Source: Perkinsus olseni (Eukaryota). From it: a stretch of 20,000 nt of DNA. Positions 1 through 11,361 of the stretch are shown here, in pieces. Position 1 is the stretch's first letter. Every line of letters begins with the position of its first letter. The stretch lies in the NCBI GenBank assembly GCA_013115125.1, contig JABANN010000095.1, forward strand, positions 55,328 to 75,327. Direction: 5' to 3'. The translations under genes were made by a program, and so were the position numbers. Below the pieces are notes generated by a model. The model was not told the DNA's origin and did not search any database. It saw nothing but the letters and a program-made list of their open reading frames with translations.

Positions 1-3000
1 GGAGCGATGGAACCTTTCCCGGTCCGCTCCGAATGACGACTAGGTCCACACCCTCGGCCGCAGAATTCATGAGAGCTCGCAACACCCCTTCGAAGTTCCA
101 ATCGAATGCATCTCCTGAGGAGCAGCTGCCTGGGGATCAAATCCCTCCATTTCTCACCATGATTGACCTTGGCTGCCATGACTTCGTCCCCCTCCCTGAT
201 CTCGTCACTCCCCCACGCCGGTGACCCTCCGACCACGCCAGCGACGACCGCAGCGGCGTTGCCAGAGTTGGAGAGCGGCAGGCCCCAGCGGATGTCTGTG
301 CTCTCACGAGCCAGGGTGATGTGGACCTGCAGACCTCCCGCGTCGGAGTGGCGCCCTCGAATGATGACTTACCGGCCGGTCAGCTGCAGCAGAGTAGAGC
401 TGTAGGAGCAGCTCCCGAGCTGCAGATCTCGATGTGATATCGGGCCTACGAGCTCACCAGCAGTGTTGGAGCATATCGACACTACAGCTCACCCAATGGT
501 ATCTTGGCCCTGCTGACATGCTCGAGCATAGCCTGTCCTGAGGAGCTCCCTCTCCACTATTCGCGGGTCGTCCTCCACCACCGTCGGCTGATCAGCTCCC
601 CCGCCATCAGTGACGCGACTGTCCAGCTCCTCCTGCTCAGGCGATGTTGTGTCCTCAACTTCTCCAACCTCATCCATCCGCTCCCGCATCGCAGGCTTCT
701 CCACATCTGCTTGTGAATCCTCGTTGGCACGTTCATCAGCCCTCTCCAATTCGATGAGGTTCTCATGCCGCCCCACGACTCGAGAGCTCGGAAGCATCTT
801 AGGAATCGGCGGCAGCAAAGGCGGCGGCCTAGACAGTGCTCTCGGTCGCCGTTCGATCGCTTCTGCAGCAACTCCGTCAACACAGCGGACCTGAACGCAT
901 CGACATCAGATACCATTACTCAAGCAATGGCTTCTCTCACCAGCTGCACAGTTATTGTCCTCGGTCCGGCAGCCCGCAGCTCCGCCGCTATCTCCCTCAT
1001 GGCACTGCCTGAGACAACAGACGTAGCGGCGATCAGGTGGAGGACAGCACCCACCGCTGCCATTCACTGAGACCAGACAGTCGCCGACACACAGAGGCGG
1101 TACTGCCGACAATGACGGGCCCGACAACTTCTTCACCTGAGATCATCGTGGAGGAGCTCAAAACCGAAGAGACCAAACTCTCGCTACCCCTACCAGGCGA
1201 TCAGGGGATAGGGTGATACCCCAGAAGTCCTGTTTGGGCTCTCTCGAGATGGTCGCAGTGTAGATTTGCACCTGCACTTCCAAGTACTGCTCCGACGGGG
1301 GTGGGCCGACGTCATACTTGTGCGTTCCTCCTCACGAGCACCAAGCGAGCAGCTGTTGCAGTAGAAAGGTTGAAGAGCAGAGAGGCGCCCGCCTGGCCAT
1401 TCGCCGACTGGACCTTCGCCAAACGACACCGTGATGGAGGCGACGGCAGGGCACGAGACACTCACAACGTCATCTTCGCGCATGCCACTCCTCGATACTC
1501 GTTCCTCGTCGATAGCGGTGACCTTCAGACTAGTCGGATCGACTTGGAACCCCCAGGGGTGCATCAGGCTCCGGCGGAAAACGCTGACCTCGAACCTCCA
1601 CGGCATGGACTCAACCGGTCCCTGAAGGGGGGGGGGGTCCGCAGCTGGACTAAAGTAACAGGAAAGTACATTTTCTAGTAGCCGAGGAGAGATGGATCTG
1701 CCGCTCGGCTCAGTCGCTCCATCATCATCACCGCTGCCGTCTGCAAGACTTGAAGCTACACGAGTTGGCGAAGTTGTGGTATTACTTTTCGGCCGAACCA
1801 AGACGTGCGTTATCTCACCAGCCCTGTGTGAAGTGGAAATAACGTGGCACCTAGTACCATAAATTACGCAACTCCTCTGGAGGAATCGACAGCAGCAGCA
1901 GCTCACCCAGGCTCGACCTTTCGCTGCTGACTAGCCGTCCTATTGTATGCGCAAACAGTTCCACCATGCTTGACAAGGGTGACGACACCATCAACGAGCG
2001 CCATGCTGCCAGCTTCAACCTCGGATACCGTGAGGGTGAAGGGCGTAAGCCTGAGTCAGCGAAGCGTCGACAACCTTGTCTGGCCGGCGCCTCAGTCACC
2101 CGGCATTCTTAACGAAAGTTAACTGGATGTCCATCTCTCCGGTCAAGGCTGCGGTGATCGCCTCGGGCTCGGTGTTCCCATTACACGCTAGGAGCCTCGA
2201 GAAAGCCTCTGAGGGAACAGTGAAGCCCGACGCTGTAGTTGGGCTCCTTACCAACTCCCGAGGCCGCCGCGATCGACCCGCTGACGACATCCTTCACCAC
2301 CCGACAGCCGTAGGCCGAGTAAAGGTGGTCATCCCAAGTAAACCCCCACCTGTCGAGAGTGCCTGTCGAACAGATATCTCTTCGGCCACTCGGACGGACT
2401 CCGGTCATCCAACTCGCTGAGTTGCATCGTCGAGAAAGTCCTTACTTTCCCTATGTAGGAAGAGAGTATTGGTCGCCGGGCCGTACGTAAGTCCACTGCA
2501 GCCGCAGGACTCTCGGCCTTCCACCCTCGATGGTCCCTCGGGTCTGGAGGAGAGGAAACCATCGGCCATCAGGTACGTCAGGGGTGCTCTGTATTCCGCT
2601 CATGTTTGGCAGCCTCGTCCGGATGCACCCGCCTGCCTCTCACCTCGGATTATCGCTCGTTGAGAGGCTGTTGACTTCCCCACCCGGACCCCCGCGGGAG
2701 GCCGGTCGGGTAATACCAAGCTGAATCGAGGAGGTCGCCACCTTCAGTAGTGATAGAACCCCAGCTACCTTTAGTGGCCTCCGGCTCCGTAACATCAGAA
2801 TGATGTGCGCCTGCATGGTGCAGTCCACGGGCATATCTAAGCGCACAGCGAAGAAATGGCAAGCGGACGGTCGAAGCTTACCAGATATAGAATCTAAAAT
2901 ATCCCCCGGTCGCATTCCCATCCTCCTTGACGCTGTTTCAAACTCCACTCGCTGCACTCGAACCCGGTCATCGCAGTGGCTCCAGTCGAACGTCGCTCCA

Positions 3001-3020
3001 ATACCTGCAGCCTTGCATGA
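1..3020 (-). CDS. Multi-exon protein with about six PDZ-like domains (boundaries approximate; may extend further upstream and past the left edge)
   Basis: Manual minus-strand translation across GT-AG introns gives repeated PDZ signatures: GIGATFDWSHCDDRVRVQRVEFETASRRMGMRPGDILDSIS (~2880-3010); DRWGFTWD..RVVKDVVSGSIAAASG..LLACNG (~2110-2360); VTLVKHGGTVCAYN..KVEPG (~1800-1990); FEVSVFRRSLMHPWGFQV..GMREDDVVSV (~1455-1600); ISREPKQDFWGITL..LCVGDCLVSVNG (~1055-1280); VHITLARESTDIRWGLPL..VVGGSPAWGSDEIREGDEV (~80-325). Confidence 0.75.
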
Positions 3021-3429
3021 CCTCCTCCCGAATGGCTTCGCTTGTCATCACCAGTGGAAGACCTATCAGGAGGCTCAGTCAGTCTCATCCACAGCTGCTG
3101 CCCTTCGCCGCCGCCGCCCCACGATCTGGCTTTTGACGTCACTACCGACTTGGCAGGAGCCAGCGGCCCGCCAACAGCGGAGGGGGGGCTGCTGGGGTCT
3201 ACAACACAGGAAGGTTCAGCGCGGAGATCCTAGAAATATCAAGTTAAGATGATGAGTAATACGAAAGACGATGCGTTTGGGTTCAACCCTCGGTCCTTCC
3301 ATGAGCCACTGCTTTCATCGGTACTAGAGCCCCCAGGCGTTTAACGATCCTTTCTACGAGCACTACTAGGGGTTGCAATAGCTGTGGAAAGGCGCTAGCG
3401 TCTCTCGCCCGGAAGACATCATATGATAG

Positions 3430-4250
3430 CTACACGCCATCGCCATGTAGCGGTGCCGCGCTAACACAGTTACACTGGAGCCCCGTACTGACAGTCAGCA
3501 TCGGCCGCTCTGTCGCTCCTGCTCCTTTGATCAGCTGAAAACGATAGCGGAATGAAGAAGGTTTCGGCGGCGTTGAGGTCACGATCGTTCCCACCATATT
3601 TCTTCTTCTTCTTCTTCCGCTCTTTCTCTCTACGTCGCTCCTCGCTTGCCTTCTCAAAAGCCTCGACAGCCTGAGTTCAAACGGATGCGACGAACACAAG
3701 GCCTGTGCTTGGACGCTGAGAATCCTATCTCGCAGCTCGGTCACGATACGAATAGCACCGAGAGATCGCGCCGGCCTCTCAGCTGACCTCGAGCTCCTTT
3801 CTTTCCATCTCCCTCATCTTCATGTAGTGTGCGTGTAGAAGCCTTTTCAAATGGCTGACTTGAGGGTCTCCAGCTTGGTAGCCAGGCTGACACGACGCAC
3901 GATGCCGCCAAAATTCAAACTGCCCCAAGACCAGAGCCAATCACAAATACGGAGCGAGCGGTAGTCTCTATCGAGAGCGGTCACTCAGGACCATGAAGGC
4001 CACCCGACTTGACCCACCTTCGACAAGCACTGCACGATAGTCCTGATGGGGCTTGTCACCCCTGGCACTATCGAGTCAACCTGAGGAGAGGCTGGCCACC
4101 CAGAGAGGAGGGAGTTCTAGCCTCACCGTGAAGGCTTCCTCAGGGTCCTCCTCGGGCGCCGGTCGTGGTGACACCTTATCGCATCGCAGTACTTCCTCGA
4201 AGAGCAGCTGGTCGTCGATACCTGCCAAGCCAACCATAATAATCACCATT
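3430..4250 (-). CDS. Multi-exon hypothetical protein (could be the 5' part of the PDZ gene)
   Basis: Open exons GIDDQLLFEEVLRCDK..EEAFT | VDSIVPGVTSPIRTIVQCLSK separated by GTGAGG..CAG and GTGGGT.. intron starts, plus ORF 3430-3744 with a basic RRRRR stretch. No recognisable domain. Confidence 0.4.
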
Positions 4251-4401
4251 AGACGTACTGATCACTATCGGGACAGAAGTGTGTGATCACTGACTCATGA
4301 GTAAGTGCATAGAGAGAACTGTCCGAGACCATTGGGAACTCCAAGGACCCGATCGACTAGTGCAACTCCCTATTTGGGAGTTCTAGTAGCCAGTCGAGTG
4401 C

Positions 4402-5466
4402 TCAGTCCTGCCGAGTCTCACGCAGTGGCAGCCATAGGTCGGTCCTGGTTCTTATCCACCCATCATCAACGTCAGCGGCCTCCACGATCTGCCCTCCACG
4501 GACGCCTTCCGAGCACTCTGAAGGACCTCGCGGATCGCCAAACGCTCGACTGACTGCCGCCCTACTGTCATCGATATTCGGTGAGCTTCTAAAGGCAACT
4601 CCATCACGAACAAGACATACGAATTTCCTATTTCCCACAGAAGCACTCTGCGGCTGATCCTCCCCCACAGTCTTCGTTTCACCCATCGCCACACCTCCGG
4701 ACGAGAAACCGTGGCTGCTACCACTGAACCACGGTGGTTCCGTGGGCCAAGCGCTTCGTCTGAGGAAGTCGACACTGGCAACCATCAGCTGATGCAAGGC
4801 TCCCACTTCTTCTTTTTTCGACCCTTCAGTGCTTCTGTCCTTCTGATAAATAGGTCGAGGTAAACTGGAGCACTCTCGTCCGAGAAGGTGGTCCACCAAC
4901 CAGCTGGCTTCCCTTCACTTCCCACAGGAACCATGAAGGCCTGAAGGCGGCCCTCGCGAGCTGGCCCTCATCACAACACGCACACCCTACCGCAACACAC
5001 GCCTGGTAATATTTCCTGCATGGCAAGCCAAGAACGGTGGCATCAGTTCCGCTGTAGGCAGCCGCGGCGTCGCCGGAAACTCGCCCAGTTCGAGCGTCGA
5101 TGCACCTCCAGGATCCACCTAGGCCAGAAACTGTGACCACAGCGGTTCAGCGTGATGACCTTCTTGCTTCACACACAAGGCGTAGGCCCGAGGCTTCAAA
5201 GTCGAGAAAGGCGGCGATGACGATACGGACTCGCTCCAGCTCGCGCAGGTATCTTGGAGCCCGACTGGACAGTTCCACTCCCTCCCGCTGGCCCATTGAA
5301 TGTGAAGAGTGCCTCGTACGGGCTGTACCTGTCGCTATGGTGTGCGTGCCATACCACACCATTCCCATCTCACAACAGGGGGTCGGGGTCTCGGCAGTGG
5401 TAAACACCCAGGCGTAGGTCCCCGTTCAACCCGTATATCATCGTTGAGCGCAACTGCGGGTGCCAT
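4402..5466 (-). CDS. Multi-exon hypothetical protein, possible N-terminal F-box-like motif and C-terminal SH3-like domain
   Basis: ATG at 5466 (MAPAVALNDDIRVERG..), a GTGAGA..TAG intron, then RELERVRIVIAAFLDFEASGLRLVC (F-box-like spacing). Last exon reads FVCLVRDGVAFRSSP...GQIVEAADVDDGWIRTRTDLWLP (SH3b-like pattern). Stop at 4402-4404. Confidence 0.45.
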
Positions 5467-5568
5467 GGTCTGCTATGCTGTAAATATCAAGTAACGCAAC
5501 CCCTGACCACAGAAGTTGGGCGAAATGTGGTATCACCGCTACCGGCCACGAGGACAGGCAAAGCCCGA

Positions 5569-5997
5569 GCTAATTGACCACAAAAGACTCCCTGTGTCTC
5601 TCATACAAGATTCGACCACTTCGTGATTCATGCAGATCGGCGTCCCTCAACGCCATCCTCAAGCACCGACTAGCCCACATAATACACCCCGAGGTGCTTG
5701 CTCGCTGGTGTGATATCTACCCCTCCAATTTCACACGAACGTCCTAACCATGTACCGCGGGGAAAGCGGGAAGGACTTTACTAAGTGGACGGCTCCAGGT
5801 TTCACACTGACGGTGTTGTGCGAAGAATTTCTAGTGCCCGGGACTCGAAATTTTCATTGGTCGCGTTTGAGATGGAATTTAAGTCTTCACTGCATCACCA
5901 TCAGATCGGCCATGAAAGATTTACTGTGAGAAATTTTCACTGGAAAACCACAAATTGATTTTCCTCATCCCATCTCGCGCGCCTCCATGAACACATT
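5569..5997. repeat. Diverged, internally deleted duplicate: 5569-5758 matches 8460-8640 and 5760-5997 matches 13292-13516
   Basis: Colinear shared blocks: GCTAATTGACCACAAAAGACT; CCTCAAGCAyCGACTAGCyCAC; TTCACACGAA..TCCT.ACCATGT; AAGCGGGAA; AGTGGAC; GACGGTGTTG; GCCCGGGA.TCGAAATT; TGCATCACC; CATGAAAGA; CCACAAA.TGATTT; CATCTCGCGCGCCT. Confidence 0.85.
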
Positions 5998-6224
5998 GGC
6001 ATGATCATGGCAATCACCGCCACCGCTCGCCCGTGACCGGTCGCGTCACCCCCGGCGCGGTGACGCCGGATCCTTCAATGAACGTCGTTTACTGCTCCTT
6101 ACCTTGATGTCACAATCGCGCTCCATGTCTCCATTTAGTCGGCCAAATCCCGACAGCTTCTGCCGATGCACCTCTCATTAATGTCAGCTCTGACAAAGGC
6201 TTTTCAATCAAACCTTTCCTTCCA

Positions 6225-7076
6225 ATGAGCACCTCCATCCCGACTTGCTTGGCAGTCATTCAAGCTGTGCTCATCGTCACGACGGCTCTGGAGCCTGGTA
6301 CGTACATCTACGAGGCAGTAGACTGTACTATAGCCTTCGAAGTGGACGAGAATTTCAACGCTACACTTATCGTCGAGTCACATTTCAAACCTGGAGCTTC
6401 TGGCATGGACTTCTCACTTCCTTTGAGCTTGCCTCCAGTGCCACTGGTGAGCGACGATGGCAATAAAACATATTCCTACGACTTGCAAAGGGCGGATCCT
6501 CACCTGCCTTCGAGTCACCTGTTCGATATGATCAAGCTTGTTTTTAGTGCTGCCGGGTGGGTCGACATGGATGACGACACCTTTCCACCAGCTGGTACTA
6601 AGACAGAAGACTTCACTGTTATCACTCACGTGGACCCCAACGCCATTTCCATCAAGTTCCGGGGAGAGCCGATCATCCTCATGAAAAATGGGCGAAATGT
6701 GGTGGCTGGTAAATACGTATACAAGTCACCTACCCCTCCTAAGTTCAAGTTGGTTTATAAGATACGCCATGATGGTGGTGTGAGGATACGAGCTAAATGT
6801 GGAAAGCGTGGCACTCCTCGCTTCCACTTCCAGCTGTTCGATCACTTTGGGCCGGGCGACATCTCCAAGTACTACACCGTGGAGCCCAAAGTGCTAAAGG
6901 CTAGGAGCAAGCAATATGTCTGGGACGATGTATTGGAGTGGGTCTTGCGTGCTTGTCCGGAGAGATCACGCTATTTACAGCCCGACGACCTCAAGCGAGT
7001 TGTCGTTGCCAATAAGACAACGATTTTTGTGCTATTCCGTGAATCTCGTCTTGGTCTCACCAGAGTCTCCCCGTAA
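6225..7076 (+). CDS. Intronless 283-aa predicted secreted protein with two internally repeated beta-rich domains
   Basis: ATG-to-TAA ORF. Hydrophobic N-terminus CLAVIQAVLIVTTA is signal-peptide-like. The halves begin LEPGTYIYE / VVAGKYVYK and end DFTVITHVDPNAISIKFRGEPIILMK / DLKRVVVANKTTIFVLFRESRLGLTR. Confidence 0.85.
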   Translation: MSTSIPTCLAVIQAVLIVTTALEPGTYIYEAVDCTIAFEVDENFNATLIVESHFKPGASGMDFSLPLSLPPVPLVSDDGNKTYSYDLQRADPHLPSSHLFDMIKLVFSAAGWVDMDDDTFPPAGTKTEDFTVITHVDPNAISIKFRGEPIILMKNGRNVVAGKYVYKSPTPPKFKLVYKIRHDGGVRIRAKCGKRGTPRFHFQLFDHFGPGDISKYYTVEPKVLKARSKQYVWDDVLEWVLRACPERSRYLQPDDLKRVVVANKTTIFVLFRESRLGLTRVSP

Positions 7077-7854
7077 ATCGTTCATTGAATGACTTGTGGG
7101 CATTTTTTTCTCGAGCACCCAGAGCCCCAGGGGCCCGAGGAGCATCGTGCCGCATACTCTCCGCTGATTGTTGTTTCACTACTAGCAGATTGGGTGAGGG
7201 ACTATTCTCGTCACTATTGAATGACGCTACCGTAAAGTACCCGTTTCAGACTTTTCTTACTCAATACGAGAAGCGCTTTTAACTTCCCGCGTTACCCGTT
7301 TGATAATTCTGGTGACTTAGGGTACACAATGAGCCATGTTTGTCGCGTTTAGCCAAGTGCTAGTAGATCTGAGACGGGCTGAGATCGGGACTTACGGGGC
7401 TTTTTTCTTAGCTATGCTACGACTGGGCTCGCTCAGCGATTCCAATCGGCACCTTCCCAGAAAAAATACCGATTTACGTTGTACTCGAAAGTACATTGTA
7501 CTCGGTGGTCGGAAATGATAGAGGCTAGACCAGCTCAGACTCTACAAAGAAGGCGAAACCATATAAGGAGGCCAACGAAGCAAACACCGGCAGTCAGGCC
7601 TTTGGAGTGAAGCTCCAAAGGTATACTGTCGATAGCAAATGGTCGAATGCTGTGAAGTTTGGACGCCTCACCACCTATGATAGTGTCTAGTTATCGTAGG
7701 CGTACCAACACGGTTGGATGAAGGCCCGATCCTGGGGCAAGTAGATCAAGTGTTAGATAGTGTTTGAGGCAGAGGCGTCGAGACTTCTTTGTTTGTTCAT
7801 CTTATACTATGGTCGCCTTCTGGCGATGTTATGGTATACTCGACGGTGGTATAT

Positions 7855-7877
7855 TGATGATGATGATGATGATGATG
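7855..7877. repeat. (TGA/GAT)n microsatellite, 7-8 copies
   Basis: tgatgatgatgatgatgatgatg read directly. Confidence 0.95.
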
Positions 7878-8613
7878 CCTGCGTGCTCAATTATGATTTT
7901 CCACTTGTTGAAGTGGTCCCGTGGTTATAACTAAGGGCTCCTGGGAGCGGGAACTTTTACTGTGAATCTTCCCTGGGCAGCGGAAGAGGTACTTGCCAGA
8001 CCTAAGGCCTGGTTACCAGGCGCTTAGGACAGCAAAACCTCTGGTCTCCGAGATGAGGCGCAGTAGCTCCCTTACGTCGGTAAGGTGAGCAGGACCTCGT
8101 GACGCCAGCAGGGAACGCGAAGACAAACTGTGCCGAGGCCGACGGCGATGCTACAAATGGCAATAGCGGTACGGCATGCACAAGCTACCACTCGAAGACC
8201 TCGGGAGAACGGCGCCCGTCTAATCATGCCGTTATCGAGCACCTGACAGCTCCAGCCGATACTCATGGGTCATGAGTCATGGCACTAGCCTGCTTGCGTG
8301 GGAGGCACAACCGGAATACGAGATGGCCCGATGTGCGCACAATATAACATTGCGCCGGTTTTAACCTAGATATTATCTCCTACGGCCGTTCTCGAGCCCC
8401 TAGAAGGCTCCCCATTTCTCCACCATGTCGAGTGCATCATAACTGTACAATACCCGACAGCTAATTGACCACAAAAGACTTCCTGTATCTCACACAAGCG
8501 TCGACCACCATCTCATGCTGATTCATGCGTGAGATACTCCCATCCCGGAGCCAACTAGCCTCAAGCATCGACTAGCTCACCCGAGTCCCAACTGGCTGAC
8601 ATCCGCTGCAACT

Positions 8614-11112
8614 TCACACGAAGTTCCTGACCATGTGGCGTGGCAGCACCGCCTTCTCCCGGGCCCGAACACTCTTCGCTATCGCAGCTTTCTTCCTTCG
8701 CCACAGAGAGTCACCACGGATCCGCTCAAGCAGATGAGCCCGAGCCTGAAGGGAGCGAATAGACCGATTCCTAACCAACGGCGCCGCGATCGGCCAAGAC
8801 ATCAACCATGTTACGGGATATGTTCTTAGCACCCCTTCCCCGGTTAGTAAGTACCCTACCGAACCCCATACAACGGCACTCGGAAGTGAGACAAGAGCCG
8901 GGAAGTGACACGCCACCCTAGACCTTCCAGCTTCCAGCAAGGCCCTTTCACGAAGACTCAAGAATCACCCCTAAAGCGCAATTTTCTGTTAGTATCCTAC
9001 CTCATCTCGCTCCATTGTGAGCGCCTCCACCAAGGGCCTCATCCTGAGTTCGTGATCCGCGTCTGTGAGATCCCGGGGTGGTATGATGAGCAGCTCACAC
9101 GTCAGCGATACCACTTCGCACGAGCATATATGAGAGACACCCCAGCCCCCTACAAGAGCTTCAAGACACAGGACGTCTCCTGGCACCTGAGTGCATGCCA
9201 TAACTTCCACCACGATTTGCTCAATTTACGGTACTGCTCCTCCGAGATTCGATTCATACGCCAACATTACTGAGCTAATGACCACTATTTCCAGTTAACC
9301 CGTCTACTTGAACGTCTCGTGCCCCCTCTGGGATGGCGTATTGCGCCGCGAGCCTACAAGCCCGTGATTCCTATCCCGGAGGAGAGTTCACCTCTAAACG
9401 ACTACGATCGACATTGGCAGTCAACAACCCCAACGGCTACGCCGAGCTTACCAGAGTAGTCCACCAGTTCAACCTCTTCTCTGTAAGATACTTCTCGCTG
9501 CTGAGTCCCAGCGCCCTCACAATATCATGCCGCAGTGCCGTCTCTAGAGGATTGGGCACGTCCAGCCCCAATGCATCAGCCTTATCCAGTACCATCTCTT
9601 TCCCGAATCTTGCCATGCCCACCTCCAGACGATCGTCACCCACCACCGTCAACTTCAGCTTCCCCTTCATCACCACTATCAATCCCGGCGGGCGCTCACC
9701 CTTGCACGGTTCAAAGACGACGTCTCGCAATCTGTACTGCTTCTTGTGGAACAAGCTCTCCACCTTGTACCCGCCGACCTCCGTAAACAGCCGAGCGAGA
9801 CTCGGCTTCGAGAACAGAGCAGCGCAATCCAAAAGAAAAGTGCTAAATTCCGTCGCCGGACTGAATTTCAGATTTCCCGAAACTTCGTGTAGGAGCCGTG
9901 AGAACACCCACTTCGGAATGACCGCGATCTCCACGTGCTGCCTGCCCTCAGCGACATACACATCAGCACTCGTAGGCTTCAAGGGACTATCCAGCAATAT
10001 CCACTCTCCCGCCCGTACCGTACCAACTTTTTCGTAACTCACAGTGGCATCATCACACAATTCGGCGAATCCACATTTAGTCGAATTGACATCGCGCGCG
10101 CCCGAAAAGCAATACCGGCCAACCCTCCCATGCAAAACGATGACTACACATATTGGGGACCCGGCCACCGTCAACGGCAACCCCGGGTAGCTCACCCGGA
10201 CTTCACATTGGGCCATATGCCTCTCCAACACCTCCCGAGAGACCTGGAAATGGCAGAGATGGTGAGCACGAGTTCAAGCTGGGGGAGATACTGCAGTGGC
10301 ATTGCTTCTAGACAACGCTACGTCGACGAAAGGCGGGCCGCGTCAGACCACAGTTGAGCAGGGACGGCGTAGACGAGTCTTACCCCGAGAGCGCCCAGTG
10401 GGGTCGGGCCACCGTACCGCACGAGAGAGTCTGCTACCACACGCAGCTCAGCGGCACCACTGTTCTCGTGTAGTAATGAGGTCGCGGTGTGACGGGAGAC
10501 CGCTAGGCGTACCTGAAGGGAAAGAACAGAGCAGTTCTACCAGAACTGTGAGGTCGTTGAAACACTTCCTCTCCATCTCAGAGTTAACCACGGCCTCAAA
10601 GCTGCGGCTGCACAGCTCAATGAACATACCACATTTCGCTCAAATCGTAGAGCCGGGGTACCCCACTTCGAGATGCAGCACCCTATGGCATCCTCCCTAT
10701 TACCTTATCCGTTGGAGGCACCGCCGTCTCTTGAAACCGCTGTCGATCCCCTCCCCCCTCCGCTTTCACTCTCCGTCGCACCATACTAATGCTCCTTCCC
10801 GGGAGTTCCCGGAGCTGCGAACGACGTGGGTTCTGACACCCAAAGGGCGATCGCCTTCGAAACACTTCGAAAAAGACTCCGTCGAATCGTCCTCAACCAG
10901 TGCGACATCGACGCGTCAACAAAGACGATCTCCGAAAGGAGGCCTTCGTTGCTTGAGCGAAGCTCCTGCGCGAAGCAGCAGCCGCCCGGGTCAGAGAAGT
11001 CCAGAGGAGCCACACAACCCAATGAGATCACCATGAGAGTCTCTTCGGCCAATGCAGCTTCGAGCCGCAACAGCTCCACTCTGTCCCGGGCCCAGGCAAA
11101 ATCTGCCCACAT
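8614..11112 (-). CDS. Multi-exon protein with tandem cyclic-nucleotide-binding (cNMP/CAP_ED)-like domains; outer boundaries approximate
   Basis: ORF 9437-10231: VSYPGLPLTVAGSPICVVIVLHGRV...VGTVRAGEW...ADVYV..HVEIAVIPKWVFSRLL, then KKQYRLRDVVFEP..GLIVVMKGKLKL...RFGKE. Both follow the cNMP beta-roll pattern. Flanking minus-strand ORFs 10786-11112, 8989-9213 and 8614-8961 are probable further exons. Confidence 0.65.
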
Positions 11113-11361
11113 CTGAGTCTCGTGAGTGAGGAGGTCTCTGTCAGCACAATCACTTCTGCAAAACTTCAGTAGAACAACTAGTACACTTCACTGGGTTACC
11201 GTCAAACAACGAGAGAAACCACTGTCGAACACGCTTCCCTTCTACCAACAACAAACACCCTCAACTATAATTTCTGTTCAATACCGAACGATGACTTATT
11301 AACAATTTCAGCGAAATCGTAAAAGTTACGAATCCAGTAAAATTATTTTACTGCCAAACGG

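Noticed and set aside
7240-7540. Short matches to 13520-13610 (AATACGAGAAGCGC vs AATACGAAAAGCGC; TACTCG..CGGAAAT) as an extension of the duplication
   Set aside because: Too short and not colinear to support by eye.
9333-11116. Long plus-strand ORFs (9333-10037, 10296-11036, 10826-11116)
   Set aside because: Ser/Arg/Pro-rich antisense shadows of the minus-strand cNMP gene, with no recognisable motifs.
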